In this document: positions 19,492 through 28,805 of the stretch, one piece after another
Layout: every line of letters starts with the position of its first letter
How positions within the stretch are numbered: position 1 is the first letter of the stretch
Source: a virus
Lineage: Duplodnaviria > Heunggongvirae > Uroviricota > Caudoviricetes
IMG/VR virus record: IMGVR_UViG_3300018050_002226
Direction: 5' to 3' (one strand)
DNA: 64,000 nucleotides
Program-made: the position numbers and the translations under genes
The notes under the pieces: generated by a model
Database searches by the model: none
Told to the model about the DNA's origin: nothing
What the model saw: the letters and a program-made list of their open reading frames with translations, nothing else

Positions 19492-19827
19492 TTACTCGTG
19501 ATAATCTCCATCACTTTCCCAATCAGTAACAACAAATTCTAAGTTAATACCAACCACTTGTCCGAACCTATTTTTCCAAGCTGTTGCCTTTAGTCCTCCT
19601 GTGGCACTGAAATATGATGAGTGAAAATTTATATCTTTTTCTTTAACACCTTGGATAGAACTATTAAGGAGATGTTTCGCCGTTTCTTTCAAATTGTGAA
19701 TTTGAGGAAAACCAACAAGAGCCCAAGTCCAGTTAAGAGCCCTCATTGTTTTTACACACTTTTCCCAATCAAAATTCTCCAAAATATCATTAATCATTGA
19801 TTCTTCTGAAACCAATTCTCTCTTCAT
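19492..19827 (-). CDS. hypothetical protein
   Basis: ORF track. Confidence 0.45.
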   Translation of the reverse strand: MKRELVSEESMINDILENFDWEKCVKTMRALNWTWALVGFPQIHNLKETAKHLLNSSIQGVKEKDINFHSSYFSATGGLKATAWKNRFGQVVGINLEFVVTDWESDGDYHE

Positions 19828-19830
19828 AGT

Positions 19831-19869
19831 GGAAAAATAAAAATTAACCCCGAGCTAGTCAACTCGGGG
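19831..19869 (-). terminator. rho-independent terminator of 19876..20628 (CCCCGAG..CTCGGGG + T-rich on minus)
   Basis: seen in sequence. Confidence 0.5.
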
Positions 19870-19875
19870 TTCAGA

Positions 19876-20628
19876 TTAGTATAGCGATTCAATCGCTTCT
19901 TTGTGAATTCTTGATTTACCACCTTCCCATTTTTTGATGGAGGCTTTCGGAGCCCAAACTTCCATTTCTCCAATCTCATCAATTCTTTTCAGATATCTCT
20001 CACGGAAAGATTCCGCTTGAGAGGCGTCAGTGATGTATTCAACTTTCATGTGACCTGCACAAATCTTACCCATGTTTGTAAGCATTGAGAACTCATCAGT
20101 CAAAGTCTTGTTACAGATTGTACAAACATTACCACGAGAGATGGTCATCTTAGCTTTGAACTTAATTGCTTTGGGACGAACCTCAATAATCTCTGTAATA
20201 TCGAGAACAATTGGATTGAAATCTAAATTGTATTTTTCTTTGAGTTCTTGTCCAACCTTTCTTCCTAATTGGATTGTTTGGCCAGGAGTTGCCCAATGAA
20301 CCAACATTGATTTATTTTTATCCTCTTCTTTCTGAATGGCTTGAGACACGACCAATTTTTGTTTATCGGTGAGAGTTCCATACTTTTTCAACTTTTCGGA
20401 AATGTCCTTAATGAACTTGTTTTCACCAGTGTAGTTCAAAATCTTTTTGAGGTCTTCGGGGAGGTTTTCAAGGTCGATGGTTTTGACCTCGGAGTTCAAA
20501 CTTTTTTGTGCCGCTTCGATTTGTTTCGGAGTAAGTGAACCATACTTCTGAAGGTTACTTTTAAGGTTGTTCAAAAAGTTACTCTGTCCTTGGTAGTTAC
20601 GGACCTTTTGGATGGTTTCGATAGACAT
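19876..20628 (-). CDS. hypothetical protein with N-terminal duplicated KKYGxLTxKQ motif
   Basis: ORF track. Confidence 0.5.
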   Translation of the reverse strand: MSIETIQKVRNYQGQSNFLNNLKSNLQKYGSLTPKQIEAAQKSLNSEVKTIDLENLPEDLKKILNYTGENKFIKDISEKLKKYGTLTDKQKLVVSQAIQKEEDKNKSMLVHWATPGQTIQLGRKVGQELKEKYNLDFNPIVLDITEIIEVRPKAIKFKAKMTISRGNVCTICNKTLTDEFSMLTNMGKICAGHMKVEYITDASQAESFRERYLKRIDEIGEMEVWAPKASIKKWEGGKSRIHKEAIESLY

Positions 20629-20682
20629 GGTGGATGTTTTTGTGAATACAAAGATAATGATTTTTTGATTACCAAAAAAAAA

Positions 20683-21150
20683 TTATGAAAAGGGTATGAT
20701 TTTATAATTCATTTGTTCTTGTGAAACCCCAACTCTTTGATTGTAAACTTCTCTTAATTTTTTACGAACTAAACTATAAAAGGGGGATAATAAAAAATAA
20801 GGATAAAAACCTTTTTTTCTGAAATTATTCTCGGTCTCCTTGTCTTTAGAAGTAAACTTTATGAAGAGATAGATATTTGCAATGTTAGACCCCACATTCA
20901 GTTGCATATCTTCAATCTCTGCGGAAATAATTTTTATTTCATAGTCCCCTTGATTAAATAGAGGTATTATTATTTGGTTGATTTCTTTCTGAAGTCTGTT
21001 TTTAATTTCAGTGTACTTCTTCTTGAATCTTTCTTCCCATTCGAGTCTTTCTTTTTCTATCTGTGCAGAAGTTCTTCTTTTTCTTTTGAGTTTTAACTCA
21101 CCTTGTTCCATCAATCGTTGAAATTGTCCATTATTTACAAGATACTTCAT
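20683..21150 (-). CDS. hypothetical protein
   Basis: ORF track. Confidence 0.45.
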   Translation of the reverse strand: MKYLVNNGQFQRLMEQGELKLKRKRRTSAQIEKERLEWEERFKKKYTEIKNRLQKEINQIIIPLFNQGDYEIKIISAEIEDMQLNVGSNIANIYLFIKFTSKDKETENNFRKKGFYPYFLLSPFYSLVRKKLREVYNQRVGVSQEQMNYKIIPFS

Positions 21151-21163
21151 GTATATAAATATC

Positions 21164-21619
21164 TTAAGATAGAATCAATTCAGATAACCCTGAAACCTCA
21201 ATACCACAAGCCAGATAGCTTTCATAATTTATATAATTGGGATTCTTTTTGGCAAATTGTGTGACTTTTGTGTGTTCATCTTTGGTAAGTTCAACAGTGG
21301 AGCAATATTTTTTTAATAAAAAAATGAATTTTTTTGTATCCATTTGAGGTTCTTTCTTTAACTCCTCAAATACCAATTTTATTGCTTTGGCTCTCTGAAT
21401 GTAATGGTCTTTCACCGTTTTGGATGAACTTTTGGCATTATGAGACTTCAATCCAGTCTCAAAAAATGCGTTTTGGGATATATCGAATAATGGATTTCTG
21501 TTTCTCGAACAAAACTTTTTCAGTAAAAAAATATCTTTTTCTACTGTTTTATAACGAGGTAAAAGAGCCTTGAAGTCTTTCAAGGTCTCTTTAATATTTT
21601 CGAGCTGATTATTGTTCAT
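21164..21619 (-). CDS. hypothetical protein
   Basis: ORF track. Confidence 0.45.
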   Translation of the reverse strand: MNNNQLENIKETLKDFKALLPRYKTVEKDIFLLKKFCSRNRNPLFDISQNAFFETGLKSHNAKSSSKTVKDHYIQRAKAIKLVFEELKKEPQMDTKKFIFLLKKYCSTVELTKDEHTKVTQFAKKNPNYINYESYLACGIEVSGLSELILS

Positions 21620-22097
21620 GGGTACTTATTTTTTTTTTGAATGCGTTATCTGCCCAGGTTTTGGCACCAACCAACTCCCAAAGTTTCATATCACACATGT
21701 TTGGGAAAGATTGTCTCATAGCTCCCACAGTAAGAACTTCCAAGAAACTACGGTCGATTGAGTACCACTTCCCACCCTTTGTTGTAAAAACGTTGAACCA
21801 ACTTGATTTTCCACTCTCAAATACAACTTCCACTTGAAGGGTAACAAGAGCGTTCTTTTGCCAGTTTGAAATCGCTCCGACTGGAGTGCTCTTGAACTCG
21901 CTGATGTTGACAAAGCCGGCTTTACATTTAGCTGCGGAACGAAAATTGTAAGTATTGTTAACATCTTTAATGTGGTTTGAAACCATAATTGAGGTTTTCT
22001 TACCGTTGACGACTGTATCAAAGGAGCCGTAGAAAACGTCTCCTGCTAATGAATCTGTGTTTACTTTAACTGCGGGAAGAGTGTTGGTAGTTGTCAT
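21609..22097 (-). CDS. hypothetical beta-rich protein
   Basis: ORF track. Confidence 0.45.
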   Translation of the reverse strand: MTTTNTLPAVKVNTDSLAGDVFYGSFDTVVNGKKTSIMVSNHIKDVNNTYNFRSAAKCKAGFVNISEFKSTPVGAISNWQKNALVTLQVEVVFESGKSSWFNVFTTKGGKWYSIDRSFLEVLTVGAMRQSFPNMCDMKLWELVGAKTWADNAFKKKISTHEQ

Positions 22098-22158
22098 GGT
22101 TTTGTGTTTTGTTACACAAAAATATGAGTTTCCGAAATACCAACAAAAAAAACTTTAA

Positions 22159-22758
22159 TTATTTTTCATAACCCCAAATCTCAAAATGATGAGCACATAA
22201 ATCGTAAACGATATTTTTCATGTGTTCATCATAATAAGGTTCCCAATCATAAGGTGGTTTCTTATGTTTAAGTTTTTCAGTAATCTCATCAAACGTGAAA
22301 ACATCAAGGATGAAGGGTAATTTCATATAATCCTCAAGTAAATTTTCAAGTTTCAATAAATAATTTGGTCTAACTTTTAACCTTGGATTCGTTATGTATG
22401 CCTTAGTGAGGTCATCGTAATCCTGATTTTGAACCCATTTGAGATATTCCCTGAAAGTCTCTTTTGTATTCCCTTTATATTCAGGAGGAAAACCTGTAAG
22501 AGAAAGATAGATGGAAAGTACCCTCGAATATGGATTTCTAGCGGTGGATATCAAAGTATAGTCGTTGAATCTTTCATTCATTCCACAATAATGAGTGTAT
22601 ACCCACCATTTACCGTTGATAAGTGGAACTTCTCCGCGTTCGAAACCATAATTTGTTAGAAACTTCGCAGATGTACGCGAACCTGTTCTTTCAGGTAACC
22701 AAACCAATGATTTATATTTTTCGGAAACGTTGTAGGATTCGTGAAAATTGACATTCAT
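22159..22758 (-). CDS. carbohydrate-type sulfotransferase-like protein (paralog of 11226..11825)
   Basis: LPERTGS and ARNPYSRVLSIY motifs. Confidence 0.6.
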   Translation of the reverse strand: MNVNFHESYNVSEKYKSLVWLPERTGSRTSAKFLTNYGFERGEVPLINGKWWVYTHYCGMNERFNDYTLISTARNPYSRVLSIYLSLTGFPPEYKGNTKETFREYLKWVQNQDYDDLTKAYITNPRLKVRPNYLLKLENLLEDYMKLPFILDVFTFDEITEKLKHKKPPYDWEPYYDEHMKNIVYDLCAHHFEIWGYEK

Positions 22759-22764
22759 TATTTA

Positions 22765-22947
22765 TCACAATGAATTAATAATTTCTTTTACTCTTTCTTC
22801 AAGCACGTTGATTGTTGTGTGAAGGTGACCAGTGTCATGTGGTTCTAGTCTTGATTTAAGTACTTCTATTTCAGCTAATAGAGCTGTAACGTGTTCTTTT
22901 GGATTAACTATTTTCATAAATTGAATTTTATTTGTTATAACATTCAT
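22765..22947 (-). CDS. hypothetical small protein
   Basis: ORF track. Confidence 0.3.
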   Translation of the reverse strand: MNVITNKIQFMKIVNPKEHVTALLAEIEVLKSRLEPHDTGHLHTTINVLEERVKEIINSL

Positions 22948-23368
22948 GACAAACCTGTCCTGACCCTTCTACGTAACCAATTCTCATATCAATATGTGTG
23001 GAGCGTTTGTAAGGAGTTTCTTTTCCACAGATAACACATTTGTCAAACTCATCTTCTGTTTTAATTTCTTCACTTATACGACACCCTATGTGGTCCCATC
23101 CTGCCAAGTAATCTGAGTCAACACCACTTGTATCTTTTCCACAGATGGAACAAACCCACGGTCTACCGATTGATTTAACCAAACCATCATCCCCGATGTT
23201 CAAGAAAAAGTGTTCATCATCACGAGGAGGACCCTCTTGATTTCTTCTTTCTTGCCAATATTTGTTTCTTACAAGTCCACCCAATTCAAAATCATTTGAT
23301 GTTTGCAAAATTTCTTTTTCGGTTACGGTTACAGTTATGTTCATAAACTTTTTTTTAAAAAAATACAA
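22928..23368 (-). CDS. Cys-rich putative zinc-binding protein
   Basis: CSICG, CVICG, CHEC motifs. Confidence 0.45.
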   Translation of the reverse strand: MYFFKKKFMNITVTVTEKEILQTSNDFELGGLVRNKYWQERRNQEGPPRDDEHFFLNIGDDGLVKSIGRPWVCSICGKDTSGVDSDYLAGWDHIGCRISEEIKTEDEFDKCVICGKETPYKRSTHIDMRIGYVEGSGQVCHECYNK

Positions 23369-23420
23369 TCTTACTTCTATAAAAGAAAGGTATTTATTTA
23401 AAAGAAATGAAATTTTTAAG

Positions 23421-24284
23421 ATGAGTCAAAAAGCAAAAATAATTGCATCCAAATTAAAAAACAACATCCGTGGTGATATTCAAACTCCACAGGATATGTA
23501 TAGTCTTTTGGTCAGAGTTTTCAAAAGACAGGAAGATTATTTTTCTAATTTGGACCCTGTAGACTTACTCAAGATAGTTCTTTATACATACTTTCTTAAA
23601 AAAGAAGGTTCTTTTGATGGAGCAGATAAAATAATGGAGGAATTGGAATTCATAAAATTATTTTCTTTGTCTGAATATTGTACTGAAGTTGAATGTGAGG
23701 AATGTGGTGGTAGTGGAAACGTGGATTGTCAAGAGTGTGATGGTAGAGGCGAAGAAAAATGTTATGAATGTAGTGGAGATGGTGAAATAACCTGTGATGA
23801 ATGTGATGGAAGTGGTAGGGAGGAAACGGAGGATGGGTCTTTAGAAGATTGTGATGAGTGTGGTGGACGAGGGAACTTAACTTGTCCTGACTGTGGAGGA
23901 GAGGGTACAACATCTTGTTCAGTTTGTTCAGGAGATGGTCGCGAAAGTTGTGACGAGTGTCAAGGCAACGGTGAGGTAGTTAGTGATACCCATAAGGATG
24001 CAGAAATATTATTTGTTTGTAGTTGGGACAAACAATTCAACAATAAATGTGAATTAGAAGAACAAACAATTTATCCAGTTATGGATGACAATGAGTTTAA
24101 TCAGTTGTCAGATAAAATTACGTTGAATAAAACAACCATTTCCATTGAGCCAAATGATGATATAGAACCATACAAATTATACTGTGTTTCAATGACTGAT
24201 ATCCCAGACCTTACTTTGAGTCATTCACTTGAAATAATACCAACAAGAGTTAGAGGTGAGTTAAACTTGTACGGGAATCAATAA
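23421..24284 (+). CDS. protein with ~9 tandem CxxCxGxG (DnaJ-type zinc-finger) repeats
   Basis: CEECGGSG, CQECDGRG, CYECSGDG ... repeated; start at internal Met 23421. Confidence 0.55.
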   Translation: MSQKAKIIASKLKNNIRGDIQTPQDMYSLLVRVFKRQEDYFSNLDPVDLLKIVLYTYFLKKEGSFDGADKIMEELEFIKLFSLSEYCTEVECEECGGSGNVDCQECDGRGEEKCYECSGDGEITCDECDGSGREETEDGSLEDCDECGGRGNLTCPDCGGEGTTSCSVCSGDGRESCDECQGNGEVVSDTHKDAEILFVCSWDKQFNNKCELEEQTIYPVMDDNEFNQLSDKITLNKTTISIEPNDDIEPYKLYCVSMTDIPDLTLSHSLEIIPTRVRGELNLYGNQ

Positions 24285-24572
24285 TCTTTCCACCGCTCTT
24301 CGGAATTCTTCATCTTTACCCAAATCTTGCGCAAGTATTTTAGTGAACGGGTCATCTTGACGAAGTGCAATCATAAAATCAACAATTTGTTCATCTTCAA
24401 AACCTTTTTCTCTGAGAACTGAAACAATCTTTCTCATAGCGTTACCCAAAGTCATTTCTTTTTCGAGCTCTATTGTCTCGAGAATTCTTTTAAGTTGCAT
24501 TTCATTAATCAGGTAATTACTCACGTCAAAATATTTATATATAAATATCCTAAATGAGTGAAGTAAAATCAT
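24261..24572 (-). CDS. hypothetical protein
   Basis: ORF track. Confidence 0.4.
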   Translation of the reverse strand: MILLHSFRIFIYKYFDVSNYLINEMQLKRILETIELEKEMTLGNAMRKIVSVLREKGFEDEQIVDFMIALRQDDPFTKILAQDLGKDEEFRRAVERLLIPVQV

Positions 24573-25033
24573 TTCTCAATGTTGTTAAAAATTATGGTTA
24601 TCCAAATCCAAAGATGAGGACTTTGGCTGACATGGTAGGATATAATTTGGATAATTTTTTATGGGATTTGAGTACAGGAATAGGAAGGGATGGCGTAGAA
24701 GATTTTTGTAAAAAAGCAATCGAAAAGATATCAGGAAAAGACGGTATCAAGGTTGATTTGGGTTCAGGTGAATTTTGTTATATCCATATAAACCCAAAAT
24801 ACTATGATGAAAACGAAACTGAAAATGGTATAATTTCAGAGGGTAAATGGGGTGATTCAAAAATATTAACAGTAAGCGAGGATGGTGTTCAGTATTATGC
24901 AACAATTCAAGAGATAATTGATGATGTAGGTATAGGAGAATGGGGAGATTTGGACGACTTAATTGACGGTATCAAAGATAATGCCAGTGAGTACGTATAC
25001 AAAAATTGTGGTTTCTATATTTGGTGGGAATAA
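24554..25033 (+). CDS. hypothetical protein
   Basis: ORF track. Confidence 0.45.
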   Translation: MSEVKSFLNVVKNYGYPNPKMRTLADMVGYNLDNFLWDLSTGIGRDGVEDFCKKAIEKISGKDGIKVDLGSGEFCYIHINPKYYDENETENGIISEGKWGDSKILTVSEDGVQYYATIQEIIDDVGIGEWGDLDDLIDGIKDNASEYVYKNCGFYIWWE

Positions 25034-25055
25034 AAAAAAGGGACCGAAGTCCCTT
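25032..25055 (-). terminator. rho-independent terminator (AGGGACCGAAGTCCCT + T8 on minus)
   Basis: seen in sequence. Confidence 0.45.
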
Positions 25056-25087
25056 TAGGGCGTTGGTTTACGCCTCCACCACCAAGT

Positions 25088-25381
25088 TTATCTAACTTGG
25101 AAATTTTCTCCCAGAATTTCATTTAGTGATTTCACAAGCTCATGACCTTCCATGTAAGGAATTACATCATCGGACACAGAAAAAAAGAAGTTTGTCATAA
25201 ACTCTTTGGTTTTACGATTGATTACAGCAACCTCGAAGTCTTTTTCGAAATCACCATAAAGACCGCTAGCACCTCCAACTATTGAGAAATCAAATAAATC
25301 ATTCCCGATAACCGTTCTTCTACCTTCTGAAGAGCGTCTGTGAGGTCGGGACCAATCCTTGATATTTTCTATAGTAATCAT
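25088..25381 (-). CDS. hypothetical protein
   Basis: ORF track. Confidence 0.4.
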   Translation of the reverse strand: MITIENIKDWSRPHRRSSEGRRTVIGNDLFDFSIVGGASGLYGDFEKDFEVAVINRKTKEFMTNFFFSVSDDVIPYMEGHELVKSLNEILGENFQVR

Positions 25382-25638
25382 GATTCAATTAAAGATTTAT
25401 TGGTAAATTTTTCGGTAAGTGTTTGAGGTGTATGTTTTGTGGTAACAACGCTTTCCTTCAATACCTCATAAGGGATGTGTAAAAGGAAGGTGGTACCATT
25501 GAAAAAATCCAAATCACTTGATGACAAAAGACATCCATGGATAGTTTGTAAGAAAATCTTAAACTGAATTGGGTCAACAAAAGTTTCTTCCGTAATTACA
25601 CCAAGTGTCTTGTGTTGTATTTTTATTGTTTGGTTCAT
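25378..25638 (-). CDS. hypothetical protein
   Basis: ORF track. Confidence 0.4.
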   Translation of the reverse strand: MNQTIKIQHKTLGVITEETFVDPIQFKIFLQTIHGCLLSSSDLDFFNGTTFLLHIPYEVLKESVVTTKHTPQTLTEKFTNKSLIES

Positions 25639-25654
25639 GGTTCAAATATACAGA

Positions 25655-26218
25655 TTATTCCATTACCGGCAAAATTCCTGATGGATTTTTATAAGAGTCT
25701 CCCATAATTCTATAAGTTACAATTTCTCCTAAATCAGGAAAGCTTATTTGTTCCACCACAATACCCCACTTTTCAACTTCATTATTAACAGCCGGTGTAA
25801 CGGTGTTACCAAGTTCATAAAGGTCACTCCAATTTGAGCTTTCTACCACGTCTCGAATAATACCTTGTGTTGTATCAATTAAAACATCATTCGCGTGCAT
25901 TACGCCCAAGAGAAATTTTTCAACGTCATCAATGTGATAACGGACAATACTCGAAAGAACGACACTTTTTTCATCCAAGGATGTCACCGTTTGAGGTTTT
26001 AAGTTTACCGTTTGGGTAATGACAGGAGTAGTTAAAATTTGGTCAAAAAAAGGGATTTTCCAGTTCAAACCAGGAAGAACTACTCTCAGAAACTTTCCGG
26101 TTCTAAGATGAACTCCTTGTTCCCATTGGTCTACGATTTTCCAAGGTAAAATGTCATTAATAAAAGTAACGATTAGGTCAATGAGTTTGTCAAACATATC
26201 TTTTCTTTTATGATACAA
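25655..26218 (-). CDS. SPFH/band-7 (prohibitin/HflK-like) domain protein
   Basis: VDQWEQGVHLRTGKF..VLPGLNWKIPFFDQI..IVRYHIDD pattern. Confidence 0.6.
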   Translation of the reverse strand: MYHKRKDMFDKLIDLIVTFINDILPWKIVDQWEQGVHLRTGKFLRVVLPGLNWKIPFFDQILTTPVITQTVNLKPQTVTSLDEKSVVLSSIVRYHIDDVEKFLLGVMHANDVLIDTTQGIIRDVVESSNWSDLYELGNTVTPAVNNEVEKWGIVVEQISFPDLGEIVTYRIMGDSYKNPSGILPVME

Positions 26219-26275
26219 AGATATGAATAATCCCTCGTATGAACAAATTCTTCTAAAAACAAGAATTTCAATCAG

Positions 26276-27316
26276 TTAGAATTCGGTGTCTGCACTTGCA
26301 ACCCTTGTAGTTGGTTTTGTTGTGGTTTCAGAATTAGAAGGTTGAGAGTTTGCACCAAATTGTGATTGTGCGAACTTTTGGAAACCTTTAGATGCGCTTG
26401 GGATTTGAGCTTTAGGTGGAGTTGTATCAATTTTCGTGGAAGATTGAGATTGTGTTGTATCTACTTTTGATGAAGTTGTTGTATTTGTAGTAGGAGATGA
26501 ATTAAGATAATTTACCCTTTGAAGTTTCCACCATTTATTTGTTCTCGGACCAAATTTACCATAACCTTTAGGGACGCTACCATTCAGAACTTTGTATTTG
26601 TCATGCCAACCCTCATGGTTTTTATCTAACCAATCTTGGAATTTTTTTACACCCTCGATGTCTTTCAATTCTGATGGAATTGGAACAGCTTTTTTAGGGG
26701 CAACTGTTTGTGAATTTTTCTTATCAAATAATTTGTATTCATCCACTTCTGAAGAATCAACATCTGTTATTTCAACAACACCAGGTTTAGTTTTACTACA
26801 TTTGTATGTATACTTGTACTTATCCCCACTTTCGACATATATTGCTTTTCCGTCAGGCCAAAATCTCCAAACGTGAACCGGTTTTCCAATGCCGTCAGAG
26901 CTTACTAAAGCTGTTGTGATTTCTTTATATTCTTCACCGTTGAATCCAATACAAGATACATCTATTTTGAGGTTTGCCGCTTGAACACCTTGTTGTATAG
27001 CTTTTCCAACTCCTGTGTCAGAGGTTTGTTTGTTAGCGGTACTTGTATCAACCGCGGAGGTAGGAGTTTGAGTGCCCCCAAAAACAGATTTTAATGTGTT
27101 TGTTTTCAACTTTCCCTGTTTAGCTAAATCGTCAGCTGCTTTGGCTGTCACAGGACCAAAACCTTGAGTTAATGCTGCTTGTTGGTTTGTTGTGAGATTG
27201 GCTTTTTGTTCGAGGACTATCAACTTATTTTCGTTCAAAGTTTTTGATGAATCATAATTCATTCTCAATTTGATTGTTTCTAAAGCCTCCTGAGGCGAAA
27301 GTTTTTTTATGTACAT
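26276..27316 (-). CDS. Thr/Ser/Gln-rich low-complexity protein (start at Met MYIKK; long form would read through a terminator)
   Basis: ORF track 26276..27451 trimmed. Confidence 0.45.
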   Translation of the reverse strand: MYIKKLSPQEALETIKLRMNYDSSKTLNENKLIVLEQKANLTTNQQAALTQGFGPVTAKAADDLAKQGKLKTNTLKSVFGGTQTPTSAVDTSTANKQTSDTGVGKAIQQGVQAANLKIDVSCIGFNGEEYKEITTALVSSDGIGKPVHVWRFWPDGKAIYVESGDKYKYTYKCSKTKPGVVEITDVDSSEVDEYKLFDKKNSQTVAPKKAVPIPSELKDIEGVKKFQDWLDKNHEGWHDKYKVLNGSVPKGYGKFGPRTNKWWKLQRVNYLNSSPTTNTTTSSKVDTTQSQSSTKIDTTPPKAQIPSASKGFQKFAQSQFGANSQPSNSETTTKPTTRVASADTEF

Positions 27317-27340
27317 CGTATTTTTTCTTATAAATACTTC

Positions 27341-27377
27341 AAAAAACAAAAAACCCCAACCGTAGAGACGGTCAGGG
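27341..27377 (-). terminator. strong minus-strand terminator: CCCTGACCGTCTCTACGGTTGGGG hairpin + TTTTTTGTTTTTT
   Basis: seen in sequence. Confidence 0.55.
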
Positions 27378-28349
27378 TCAGGCAAAAAACTCTGAGAATA
27401 CAAGCTTTGTTGAGAATCTTTAGAAGGATTATTTATTCCCTCCGTTTCCACTGTCTTTTGAACAGTAACTCTCAGTGACGGTCAATTAGATTAACCAATC
27501 CTTAAATCGTTGAATACTCTCTCCTTACTCATCACTCTTCGAGGTTGCCACCCCAATTCTTCCTTGCGGGAATAGAGAACTTTCGTGAAAATCGTGAAGG
27601 GCTTGGGACCCAACACGGTCATGAACATCTCAAGACTATGTAGTCACCTGTTTCCAACGACTGACAGACACTTTTCCTTGATTTTAATTATAAGTTGTTA
27701 AACCAGAATTAACAATTAAGGGTTGGTTTACGGATGTGGAAAGTAGCGGTCTGTCACCAGCCGTGTCGCCTTTTGAACGACACGATACTAAACTACTCTC
27801 TGAAGTCTCCCGACCTCCATACTTCAAGTCAACTTCAGTGATACGCTCTTGGTAGAGACGTTTCAAGGTTAATAACAGCACCACCTGTACATCAACTTAC
27901 CTTTCGGTTTTAAGTCAACTTTCATATTGAATTACGTGATGACTATGGTGGAAGCCATAATTTCTCACATAGATTCCTCAGGTTATTCTTATTAGTCTTC
28001 CGACCTCAACGAGACGACCCGTATCGCCCCGTATTCCAACCACTTTCCCTACAGTGTTACCCTCAGTACTAAAGGTCAGAACATATCCTGATTGCCTACT
28101 CGAGTACCCCTTTGATACCGCAGAACACTAAAACCTGGTGTCCCACTTTATACTACTTTCGTAGTTTATTTAATGACCATAGGCGGCCAATATCTTAAAA
28201 CAAAGAACTATCAAGTATTGAAGGAGAGTGGAAATTTTTTACAACCCCCGACTTCGGTAAGGAACTTTACAACCCTTTTCCTTCAACTGTCTTACAAAAT
28301 TAAGAAGAACTTTTCAATTCGTCAAATTTTTATAAAACTTTTTTTTTCG
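27378..28349 (-). ncRNA. candidate large structured non-coding RNA directly 3' of tRNA-Met on same strand (identity unknown)
   Basis: ~970 nt with no credible ORF in a gene-dense genome; visibly higher GC; many local hairpins; bounded by tRNA and terminator. Confidence 0.3.
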
Positions 28350-28422
28350 TTGCATGGGTCAGAATCGAACTGACGACCTCCAGGTTATGAGCCTGGCGAG
28401 CTACCGCTGCTACTACCATGCG
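28350..28422 (-). tRNA. tRNA-fMet: tRNA-Met (anticodon CAT), initiator-like (C1.A72 mismatch)
   Basis: 73-nt cloverleaf built by hand: acceptor CGCATGG/CCATGCA, U8, D-loop GG, anticodon loop CUCAUAA, T-loop TTCGATT; CCA not encoded. Confidence 0.85.
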
Positions 28423-28519
28423 ATATAATAAAACTACCCAAGTCCCCGTGTCACCATCCAAGTCATGCTCTGGTTGAACCTTGAGTAGAAGTATGTTAAA
28501 GAACTACTTTGATAATAAA

Positions 28520-28577
28520 GTCCCACAAAAATAAGGTGAGATAATTTAACTTCCAAATTTTGTGGGACTTTTTTTTT
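28520..28577 (+). terminator. hairpin GTCCCACAAAA..TTTTGTGGGAC followed by T9
   Basis: seen in sequence. Confidence 0.45.
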
Positions 28578-28805
28578 GAGATTACTGCTTCATTCATCTC
28601 GTGAGGACCGATTTTATTGAAACTTCTCAGTTTCTTCAGTTCTCATGTTGGGGATGTTCATCCTTTCGGATAAGAACATATAAATATCTCCAAGTTTCGG
28701 AAAATCATCCTAACCTGTCAATATTTTTTTTGATTTGTTGATTTATTTTGAACCAACCGTAAAGTCCGATGACAGTTATAATTGTTATAGATATCAATAA
28801 AACTT

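Noticed and set aside
26276-27451. Long form of the Thr/Ser-rich protein starting at 27451
   Set aside because: It would be translated through a strong terminator hairpin and T-run (27341..27377). The internal Met at 27316 has an AT-rich upstream region.
27378-28349. tmRNA, RNase P RNA or group I/II intron identity for the candidate ncRNA
   Set aside because: I could not find a tag-peptide ORF with resume codon, a tRNA-like 3' end, or recognisable P4/P7 or domain V cores by eye. Identity is left open rather than asserted.
27684-28373. ORFs 27684..27884 (-) and 28173..28373 (+) inside the ORF-free GC-elevated segment
   Set aside because: They are short with no start-codon context. The second overlaps the tRNA. 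The region is better explained as non-coding RNA.
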